Shown piece after piece: positions 12,301-24,300 of a DNA stretch of 64,000 nucleotides. The notes beneath the pieces are model-generated. The model did no database searches. It was given only the letters and a program-made list of their open reading frames with translations, and was not told the origin of the DNA. Position 1 is the first letter of the stretch. Each line of letters begins with the position of its first letter. The stretch covers positions 27,218,001 to 27,282,000 of the forward strand of contig CATNEN010000038.1 in assembly GCA_950097015.1 (NCBI GenBank). The letters run 5' to 3'. Source of the DNA: Macrostomum hystrix. Lineage: Eukaryota > Animalia > Platyhelminthes. The translations under genes were made by a program, and so were the position numbers.

Positions 12301-15300
12301 CTGATGGTGGCATTGTCTGAGTAAGAAAAACTACCTCGGAATACAATTGAATAATTGCTAAATGGCACATTTCGATATACGTTCAATCTAGCTGATTTGA
12401 GATCGATGATTAGCGAATCGGCGCCGATAGCGAAACTAGAATTCCAAGAAACAGTGAGCTCAGAATTGGCTGCATTTGTTGCATCTAACTTGAAGGCTGT
12501 TGTAAACGAGGAGCTACTGGCAATTAAACGTGGCTCTGAAATTCATGAAGGTGGTCAGTGACTCAGGTGGGTGATAGAGGTGGTGAGTGACTCAGGTGGG
12601 TGACAGAGGTGGTCAGTGACTCAGGTGGGTGACAGAGGTGGTCAGTGACTCAGGTGGGTGAAAGAGGTGGTCAGTGATTCAGGTGGGTGACAGAGGTGGT
12701 CAGTGACTCAGGTGGGTGACAGAGGTGGTCAGTGACTCAGGTGGGTGATAGAGGTGGTGAGTGACTCAGGTGGGTGACAGAGGTGGTCAGTGACTCAGGT
12801 GGGTGACAGAGGTGGTCAGTGATTCAGGTGGGTGACAGAGGTGGTCAGTGACTCAGGTAGGTGACAGAGGTGGTCAGTGACTCAGGCGGGTGACAGAGGT
12901 GGTCAGTGACTCAGGTGGGTGACAGAGGTGGTCAGTGACTCAGGTGGGTGACAGAGGTGGTCAGTGACTCAAGTGGGTGACAGGACAGTGACTTCAGTCA
13001 GCAAGATCAGCAAAGGACGCAATGTCAATGAGGACAGATTAATAACCCACTCGTCAGAGCAGTTGACGTAGCCGGCACTGAGTTGCTAAAGCCGAACTTC
13101 GCGACGACAATTGTTATTGCCAGAACAGTTCCAGGATTGAAGCCCGTCTGGTTTAAGTGAGTTGCCGTCGTGTTCAAACTAACATGTCCTATTGTAACAT
13201 TGTAGAATACATTCTGACTGGCAGACGGACTCCAGTTGACAGAGACACTCTCGAAGGTTGACCTCCAAATTATGGAAGAATTGCTGACTGGAGACAAATC
13301 TGTGAAGAGCGGAAGAAATGCGAAATAAATTATATTGTATAGCCTTTATACAATTTTTTTACTTTATTAAACTTCAAAACCTACAAGCACCACTGCAATA
13401 AATGCAAACACACAAAAGCCACTTACGAGTCTTGCCAGTGGACATTGTGGCTACACTATCATTAAAGCCTCCTTTTTTGACTACTATGGAGACATTGTGA
13501 CTCTCGCCTGACTGCAGGTTGCAGCAGGAGCCAGACAGACTTGTGGCTGCATTAATCGTAGAATTTGAGCCACAGGTGAGCTCGTAGCTCACTCCCGATG
13601 TGTTCGACATAGTCCATGACACATCAAGACAGGTCTCATTGGAACCCGTCACACTCACGCTTGTCACTGGTGACACCACTGGAAAGCGAGAAGCGATTGC
13701 AATGTGTGTAAAGTAGCAATAACAAAACTGACAATAGTCTACACATTTCCCAGATACAGAACTGATTGGGTGATACGAAAGTTTCAACCGAACTAAAACT
13801 AAATAATGAAGACCAATCTGACTCCGATGATCAGCAGGTAAGAGAAAATTATCACAAAAAGCTGGTACATTAAGCATAGGACTATTGCAGAAATCCATAC
13901 TTGAAATCTGATCGTGGACTATCAAAAATGTTTCATCTAGTCAGCGAAAAACGAGATAGGGGAAAAAGGAAATAAATTGCAGCTTTACAAAAAATTGTAT
14001 CAATGGAAATTAATCGTTACTATGGGATTTAATTGATACTATGGAATAGAATTGATACTATGGAATAGAATTGTTACTATGGAATAGAATTGATACTATG
14101 GAAAAGAATTGATACTATGGGATTTAATTGATACTATGGAATAGAATGGATACTATGGAATGGAATTGTTACTATGGAATAGAATTGATACTATAATAAT
14201 AAAAAAAATAATAATTGCAGGAAGGCTGCGGGCAATGACACATAGTTTGGTGACACTAGACCCGCAGCCAGCGAGGAGGCAATTCTGCCCATTTCGCTGA
14301 CTCCTGAGCACACACGCACACAGATACCGTACTCAGGCATACGCTCACACAGGTGTGTACATCTGCCCTGACTTTCTCATCGTCAGGCAGTGTACACTCG
14401 AACTGTGCCTTGGAGGTTGGCCCTCAAGGGCGTAAATTGCACAACAAGCCCCAAAGCCTTCTCTCCGCGGCTGCGCCCCAAATAAATGTGGCCTCGCCGT
14501 GGAATCGAACTTAGGGACTGTGGTGCGAGTGGCAAACGCGTAAACCGCTCTGCCACCGACCCCCTGAATTGATACTATGGAATAGAATTGATACTATGGG
14601 ATAGAATTGATACTATGGAATAGAATTGTTACCATGGAATAGAATTGATACTATGGAATGGAATTGATACTATGGATGAGAATTGATGCTAAAGAAACGA
14701 ATTGTCACTATGGAATTGAATTGTTACTCAATTATAAATAAGATATTCATCAGTAACATCTAAGAATTCAACAGCTCCATTTTAAATTCAATCGCTGTAG
14801 AACCGACAGACAACGCATCAAATTTTGATGCACAGAAATCAATCGGGAAGAACCGATGGCCCCTTTAAGTTGCAAATTAAAGGACAATGATCGGGTTACA
14901 TTGGAGCTGCAACGAGCATCAAGCATAGTGCTAGGCGAAACTGTTCAAGCCTTGAAAACCAAAACAGCTGCATGGGTAGTAGCGTGGCGTACCTAGCAGC
15001 AAAGCAGCAATTATTGCACACCATAAATATTGGTTTCTACGCTACAGTTGTCGACAGTGATGACCAGGCAACTATGGTCAACAAAACATCAGTAATAATG
15101 CCAATTGCTCGATCAGCAAGACGTTGGCGCATTCTCAATCAAATCAATTATTAGATATCGTGACTAATGATATACACAGGCCGTAAATCGAACTGACTGC
15201 AACTTGCGAATAACTCCACCAACAACCAATCGGTAGTTTCAAAGAAATCGCTGATTAACATTACTGATTCTCAGGCTAATTCAATACACGCTGCAATCAG

Positions 15301-18300
15301 TGCGAACACGACCGAAGCAACACAAACTCAAACTTACGGGTCTTGCCAGTGGACATTGTAGCTACACTATCATTAAAGCCTCCTTTTTTGACTACTATGA
15401 AGACATTGTGACTCTCGCCTGACTGCAGGTTGCAGCAGGAGCCAGACAGACTTGTGGATGCATTGATCGGAGAATTTGAGCCACAGGTGAGCTGGTAGCT
15501 CACTCCCGATGTGTTCGACATAGCCCATGACACATCAAGACAGGTTTCATTGGAGCCCGTCACACTCACGCTTGTCACTGGTGACACCACTGGAAAGCGG
15601 GAAGCGATTGCAATGTGTGTAAAGTGGCAATAACAAAACGGACAATAGTCTACACATTTCCCAGATACAGAACTGATTGGGTGATACGAAAGTTTCAACC
15701 GAACTAAAACTAAATAAATGAAGACCAATCTGACTCCGATGATCAGCAGGTAAGAGGAAATTATCACAAAAAGCTGTTACATTAAGCACAGGGCCATTGC
15801 AGAAATCCATACTTAAAATCTGCTCGTGGACTGTCAAAAATGTTTCATCTAGTCAGCGAAAAACGAGATAGGGGAAAAAGGAAATAAATTGCAGCTTTAA
15901 AAATCATTGTATCAATGGAAATTAATAGTTACTATGGGATTGAATTGATACTATGGAATGGAATTGATACTATAAAATAGAATTGATACTATGGAATGGA
16001 ATTGTTTCTATGGAATAGAATTGATACTATGGAATAGAATTGATACTATGGAATAGACTTGATACTATGGAATAGAATTGATACAATAGAATCGAATTGA
16101 TGCTAAAGAAACGAATTGTTACTATGGAATCAAATTGTTACTCAAGTATAAATAAGATATTCATCAGTGACGTCTAAGAATTCAACAGCTCCATTTTTAA
16201 TTCAATCGCTGTAGAACCGACGGACAACGCATCAAATTTTGATGCACAGAAATCAATCGGGAAGAACCGATGGCCCCTTTAAGTTGCAAATTAAAGGACA
16301 ATGATCGGGTTACATTGGAGCTGCAACGAGCATCAAGCATAGTGCTAGGCGAAACTGTTCAAGCCTTGAAAACGAAAACAGCTGCATGGGTAGTAGCGTG
16401 GCGTACCTAGCAGCAAAGCAGCAATTATTGCACACCATAAATATTGGTTTCTACGCTACAGTTGTCGACAGTGATGACCAGGCAACTATGGTCAACAAAA
16501 CATCAGTAATAATGCCAATTGCTCGATCAGCAAGACGTTGGCGCATTCTCAATCAAATCAATTATTAGATATCGTGACTAATGATATACACAGGTCGAAA
16601 ATCGAACTGACTGCAACTTGCGAATAACTCCACCAACAACCAATCGGTAGTTTCAAAGAAATCGCTGATTAACATTACTGATTCTCAGGCTAATTCAATA
16701 CACGCTGCAATCAGTGCGAACACGACCGAAGCAACACAAACTCAAACTTACGGGTCTTGCCAGTGGACATTGTAGCTACACTATCATTAAAGCCTCCTTT
16801 TTTGACTACTATGAAGACATTGTGACTCTCGCCTGACTGCAGGTTGCAGCAGGAGCCAGACAGACTTGTGGATGCATTGATCGGAGAATTTGAGCCACAG
16901 GTGAGCTGGTAGCTCACTCCCGATGTGTTCGACATAGCCCATGACACATCAAGACAGGTTTCATTGGAACCCGTCACACTCACGCTTGTCACTGGTGACA
17001 CCACTGGAAAGCGAGAAGCGATAACAATGTGCCTTAACTGGCTCTAACAAAACCTACAACGAACTTAACACAGTTTCCACAGAAATTTTAAGATTCAAAA
17101 CGTGCCGCTTAAAAAGTCTGATGAAATGAAAATTAATGCCTTTCAGCGAGCCTTGAAAGCGAACCACAACAGCCCATTCGGCTTCGAGCTCTATAAAATT
17201 ACTTAATCGCATATTATTTAAATCCTGTTTTAAGTACTCATTTCGAAACTCTCATTTGGAAAGGATAAATGCTATGGTACTGTTTGGTTCCCAAAGACGC
17301 TGCCAAAGCATTCTTAATCGGGGGCACGTTGCTGATAGCCTTAGCTATCTGTCGACGCGTTGAAGACCCAAAGCAAAAATCAAACAGCATGAAAACTAGC
17401 AAACAAACTCGAAGAGCGTGAACTATAAAAAATCAAGAAAGCTATTTATGCAGCACACGGCATCCGCTAGTACAAAAAGTCAATCAGCTAATTAAAGTCC
17501 TTTCTAAAGCTTGTGATGAACGAAAAAAGGTGACAGAAGCTAAGTGCACGTCCCATTTTGCACATTTAAAGAACACGAAAATCAAGCGACTTTTGGGAAA
17601 GCGCTGCTACTTCAAGCTAATGATTCTACCGAAAATTCACACCACTGCAAACAACGCGAACGCTTCACAAGCCACACAAACTTACGGGTCTTGCCAGTGG
17701 ACATTGTGGCTACACTATCATTAAAGCCTCCTTTTTTGACTACTACGGAGACATTGTGACTCTCGCCTGACTGCAGGTTGCAGCAGGAGCCAGACAGACT
17801 TGCGGATGCATGGATCGGAGAATTTGAGCCACAGGTGAGCTGGTAGCTCACTCCTGATGTGTTCGACATAGCCCATGACACATCAAGACAGGTCTCATTG
17901 GAACCCGTCACACTCACGCTTGTCACTGGTGACACCACTGGAAAGCAAGAAGCGATTGCAATGTGTGTAAAGTGGCAATAACAAAACTGACAATAGTCTA
18001 CACATTTCCCAGATACAGAACTGATTGGGTGATACGAAAGTTTCAACCGAACTAAAACTATATAAATGAAGACCAATCTGACTCCGATGATCAGCAGGTA
18101 AGATGAAATTATAACAAAAAGCTGTTACATTAAGCACAGGGCTATTGCAGAAATCCATACTTAAAATCTGCTCGTGGACTGTCAAAAATGTTTCATCTAG
18201 TCAGCGAAAAACGAGATAAGGGAAAAAGGAAATAAATTGCAGCTTTACAAATAATTGTATCAATGGAAATTAATCGTTACTATGGGATTTAATTGATACT

Positions 18301-21300
18301 ATGGAATAGAATTGTTACTATGGAATAGAATTGATACTATGGAATAGAATTGATACTATGGAATGGAATTGATATTATGGAATCGAATTGATACTATGGA
18401 ATCGATTTGATACTATTGAATAGAATTGATACTATGGAATGGAATTGTTACAATGGAATAGAATTGATACTATGGAATGGAATTGTTACTATGGAATAGA
18501 ATTGATACTATGGAATGGAATTGTTACTATGGAATAGAATTGATACTATAATAATAATAATAATAATAATAATTGCAGGAGGGCTGCGGGCAATGACACA
18601 TAGTTTGGTGACACTAGACCCGCAGCCAGCGAGGAGGCAATTCTGCCCATTTCGCTGACTCCTGAGCACACACGCACACAGATACCGTACGCAGGCATAC
18701 GCTCACACAGGTGTGTACATCTGCCGTTGCTTTCTCATCGTCAGGCAGTGTACAGTCGAACTGTGCCTTGGAGATTGGCCCTCAAGGGCGTAAATTGCAC
18801 GACAAGCCCCCAAGCCTTCTCTACGCGGCTGCGCCCCAAATAAATGTGGCCTCGCCGTGGAATCGAACTTAGGGACTGTCGTGCGAGTGGCAAACGCGTT
18901 AACCGCTCTGCCACCGACCCCCTGAATTGATACTATGGAATAGAATTGATACTATGGAATAGAATTGATACTATGGAATAGAATTGTTACCATGGAATAG
19001 AATTCATACTATGGAATAGACTTGATACTCTGGAATAGAATTGATGCTAAAGAAACGAATTGTTAATATGGAATCAAATTGTTACTCAAGTATAAATAAG
19101 ATATTCATCAGTGACGTCTAAGAATTCAACAGCTCCATTTTTAATTCAATCGCTGTAGAACCGACAGACAACGCATCAAATTTTGATGCACAGAAATCAA
19201 TCGGGAAGAACCGATGGCCCCTTTAAGTTGCAAATTAAAGGACAATGATCGGGTTACATTGGAGCTGCAACGAGCATCAAGCATAGTGCTAGGCGAAACT
19301 GTTCAAGCCTTGAAAACGAAAACAGCTGCATGGGTAGTAGCGTGGCGTACCTAGCAGCAAAGCAGCAATTATTGCACACCATAAATATTGGTTTCTACGC
19401 TACAGTTGTCGACAGTGATGACCAGGCAACTATGGTCAACAAAACATCAGTAATAATGCCAATTGCTCGATCAGCAAGACGTTGGCGCATTCTCAATCAA
19501 ATCAATTATTAGATATCGTGACTAATGATATACACAGGCCGTAAATCGAACTAACTGCAACTTGCGAATAACTCCACCAACAATCAATCGGTAGTTTCAA
19601 AGAAATCGCTGATTAACATTACTGATTCTCAGGCTAATTCAATACACGCTGCAATCAGTGCGAACACGACCGAAGCAACACAAACTCAAACTTACGGGTC
19701 TTGCCAGTGGACATTGTGGCTACACTGTCATTAAAGCCTCCTTTTTTGACTACTATGAAGACATTGTGACTCTCGCCTGACTGCAGGTTGCAGCAGGAGC
19801 CAGACAGACTTGTGGATGCATTGATCGGAGAATTTGAGCCACAGGTGAGCTGGTAGCTCACTCCCGATGTGTTCGACATAGCCCATGACACATCAAGACA
19901 GGTTTCATTGGAACCCGTCACACTCACGCTTGTCACTGGTGACACCACTGGAAAGCGAGAAGCGATAACAATGTGCCTTAACTGGCTCTAACAAAACCTA
20001 CAACGAACTTAACACAGTTTCCACAGAAATTTTAAGATTCAAAACGTGCCGCTTAAAAAGTCTGATGAAATGAAAATTAATGCCTTTCAGCGAGCCTTGA
20101 AAGCGAACCACAACAGCCCATTCGGCTTCGAGCTCTATAAAATTACTTAATCGCATATTATTTAAATCCTGTTTTAAGTACTCATTTCGAAACTCTCATT
20201 TGGAAAGGATAAATGCTATGGTACTGTTTGGTTCCCAAAGACGCTGCCAAAGCATTCTTAATCGGGGGCACGTTGCTGATAGCCTTAGCTATCTGTCGAC
20301 GCGTTGAAGACCCAAAGCAAAAATCAAACAGCATGAAAACTAGCAAACAAACTCGAAGAGCGTGAACTATAAAAAATCAAGAAAGCTATTTATGCAGCAC
20401 ACGGCATCCGCTAGTACAAAAAGTCAATCAGCTAATTAAAGTCCTTTCTAAAGCTTGTGATGAACGAAAAAAGGTGACAGAAGCTAAGTGCACGTCCCAT
20501 TTTGCACATTTAAAGAACACGAAAATCAAGCGACTTTTGGGAAAGCGCTGCTACTTCAAGCTAATGATTCTACCGAAAATTCACACCACTGCAAACAACG
20601 CGAACGCTTCACAAGCCACACAAACTTACGGGTCTTGCCAGTGGACATTGTGGCTACACTATCATTAAAGCCTCCTTTTTTGACTACTACGGAGACATTG
20701 TGACTCTCGCCTGACTGCAGGTTGCAGCAGGAGCCAGACAGACTTGCGGATGCATGGATCGGAGAATTTGAGCCACAGGTGAGCTGGTAGCTCACTCCTG
20801 ATGTGTTCGACATAGCCCATGACACATCAAGACAGGTCTCATTGGAACCCGTCACACTCACGCTTGTCACTGGTGACACCACTGGAAAGCAAGAAGCGAT
20901 TGCAATGTGTGTAAAGTGGCAATAACAAAACTGACAATAGTCTACACATTTCCCAGATACAGAACTGATTGGGTGATACGAAAGTTTCAACCGAACTAAA
21001 ACTAAATAATGAAGACCAATCTGACTCCGATGATCAGCAGGTAAGAGGAAATTATCACAAAAAGCTGTTACATTAAGCACAGGGCTATTGCAGAAATCCA
21101 TACTTAAAATCTGCTCGTGGACTGTCAAAAAGGTTTCATCTAGTCAGCTAAAAATGAGATCGGGGAAAAAGGAAATAAATTGCAGCTTTAAAAATCATAG
21201 TATCAATGGAAATTAATCGTTACTATGGGATTTAATTGATACTATGGAATAGAATTGATACTATGGAATAGAATTGTTACTATGGAATAGAATTGGTACT

Positions 21301-24300
21301 ATGGAATAGAATTGATACTATGGAATAGAATTGTTACTATGGAATAGAATTGATACTATGGAATAGAATTGATACAACGGAATAGAATTGTTGCTATGGA
21401 ATGGAATTGTTACTTTGGAATGGAATTGTTGCTATGGAATGGAATTGTTACTATGGAATCAAATTGTTACTATGGAATGTGATTGATACTATGGAATGGA
21501 ATTGATACTATGGAATAGAATTGTTACTATGGAATAGAATTGGTACTATGGAATAGAATTGATACTATGGAATAGAATTGTTACTATGGAATAGAATTGA
21601 TACTATGGAATAGAATTGATACAACGGAATAGAATTGTTGCTATGGAATGGAATTGTTACTTTGGAATGGAATTGTTGCTATGGAATGGAATTGTTACTA
21701 TGGAATCAAATTGTTACTATGGAATGTGATTGATACTATGGAATAGAATTGATACTATGGAATAGAATTGTTACTATGGAATAGAATTGATACTATGGAA
21801 TAGAATTGATACAATAGAATCGAATTGATGCTAAAGAAACGAATTGATGCTAAAGAAACGAATTGTTACTATGGAATCAAATTGTTACTCAAGTATAAAT
21901 AAGATATTCATCAGTGACGTCTAAGAATTCAACAGCTCCATTTTTAATTCAATCGCTGTAGAACCGACGGACAACGCATCAAATTTTGATGCACAGAAAT
22001 CAATCGGGAAGAACCGATGGCCCCTTTAAGTTGCAAATTAAAGGACAATGATCGGGTTACATTGGAGCTGCAACGAGCATCAAGCATAGTGCTAGGCGAA
22101 ACTGTTCAAGCCTTGAAAACCAAAACAGCTGCATGGGTAGTAGCGTGGCGTATCTAGCAGCAAAGCAGCAATTATTGCACACCATAAATATTGGTTTCTA
22201 CGCTACAGTTGTCGACAGTGATGACCAGGCAACTATGGTCAACAAAACAACAGTAATAATGCCAATTGCTCGATCAGCAAGACGTTGGCGCATTCTCAAT
22301 CAAATCAATTATTAGATATCGTGACTAATGATATACACAGGCCGTAAATCGAACTGACTGCAACTTGCGAATAACTCCACCAACAATCAATCGGTAGTTT
22401 CAAAGAAATCGCTGATTAACATTACTGATTCTCAGGCTAATTCAATACACGCTGCAATCAATGCGAACACGACCGAAGCAGCACAAACTTGAACTTACGG
22501 GTCTTGCCAATTGCTGTTCCGGCTACACTATCATTAAAGCCTCCTTTTTTGACTACTATGAAGACATTGTGACTCTCGCCTGACTGCAGGTTGCAGCAGG
22601 AGCCAGACAGACTTGTGGATGCATGGATCGGAGAATTTGAGCCACAGGTGAGCTGGTAGCTCACTCCCGATGTGTTCGACATAGCCCATGACACATCAAG
22701 ACAGGTTTCATTGGAGCCCGTCACACTCACGCTTGTCACTGGTGACACCACTGGAAAGCGAGAAGCGATTGCAATGTGTGAAAAGTGGCACAGTTTTCAT
22801 TTCGCAACTTTTTGGATTCCCATTTAGCAGTCAAAAATCTGATGCGTGCACTATTCACGCTTTGTTTTTTTAACAAAGCCTTTTGCCGAGGAGACTAAAA
22901 ATGCAGGTGTAGTTTGTTGGTGTGATTTCTATATTTTATCGAACTTAGTTAAGAGACTAGCAAGTTTTGCCCCCCTTCGGGGAGCAGAAATACTTTTAAT
23001 TCGTCTAGTATATACTTTTTAGCAGCTGAATTTACAGCTTTTTAAAGCTACAATGAACCACCAGTTGGCAATGATCCCCCAGTTGATGATGATCCCCCAG
23101 TTGATGATGATCCCCCAGTTGACAATGATCCCCCAGTTGACAATGAACCCCCGGTTGACAATGATCCCCCAGTTGACAATGATCCCCCAGTTGACAATGA
23201 TCCCCAGTTGACAATGATCCCCAGTTGACAATGATCCCACAGTTGACAATGATCCCCCAGTTGACAAAATCCCCCAGTTCACAATGAACCCCCAGTTGAC
23301 AACGATCCCCCAGTTGATAATGATCCCCCAGTTGATGATGATCCCCCAGTTGACAATGATCCCCCAGTTGACAATGAACCCCCGGTTGACAATGATCCCC
23401 CAGTTGACAATGATCCCCCAGTTGACAATGATCCCCCAGTTGACAATGATCCCACAGTTGACAATGATCCCCCAGTTGGCAAATATCCCCCAGTTCACAA
23501 TGAACCCCCAGTTGACAACGATCCACCAGTTGACAATGATCCCCCAGTTGACAATGATCCCCCAGTTGACAATGATCCCACAGTTGACAATGATCCCCCA
23601 GTTGACAATGATCCCCCAGTTGACAATGATCCCCCAGTTCACAATGATCCCCCAGTTGATGATGATCCCCCAGTGGATGATGATCCCCCAGTTAATGATG
23701 ATCACCCAGTTGACAATGATCCCCAAGTTGACAATGATCCCCCAGTTGACAATTATCCCCCAGTTTACCATGATCCCCCAGTTGACGATTATCCCCCAGT
23801 TGACCATTACCCCCTAGTTGACAATGATCCCCCAGTTGACAATGATCCCCCAGTTGACAATGATCCCCCAGTTGACAATGATCCCCCAGTTGACAATGAT
23901 CCCCCAGTTGACAATGATCCCCCAGTTGACAATGATCCCCCAGTTGACAATGATCCCCCAGTTGACAATGATCCCCCAGTTGACAATGATCCCCCAGTTG
24001 ACAATGATCCCCCAGTTGACAATTATCCCCCAGTTTACCATGATCCCCCAGTTGACGATTATCCCCCAGTTCACCATGATCCCCATTTTGATGATGACTC
24101 CCCAGTTGACGTTGATTTTTCAAACGCTGGGTTAGCCAAGATTCAAACTCAGGTTTCGCCATGTTTTAAACCCTGGTGGGCTATGATTCAAACTCTGGTT
24201 TAGCCATGATTCAAACTCTGGTTTAGCCATGATTCAAACTCTGGTTTAGCCATGATTCAAACGCTGGGTTAGCCATGATTGAAACTCGGTTTTTGCCATG

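Noticed and set aside
14490-14564. tRNA genes at the SINE heads (also 60551-60620)
   Set aside because: Box A and B are present, but the sequence continues into a repeated body and a simple-repeat tail, so these are SINEs
14972-22315. Four copies of a 60-aa plus-strand ORF (MGSSVAYL...)
   Set aside because: Intronic sequence carried along by the cassette duplication; no recognisable domain
13427-22750. Dscam-style docking/selector sequences enforcing mutually exclusive splicing
   Set aside because: No complementary docking element was found by eye and the introns are too long for steric exclusion, so mutual exclusivity is not claimed
23019-24203. IIVNWG hexapeptide (beta-helix-like) and PPVDND ORFs
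   Set aside because: An 18-bp minisatellite with indels that shift frame; no convincing splice sites
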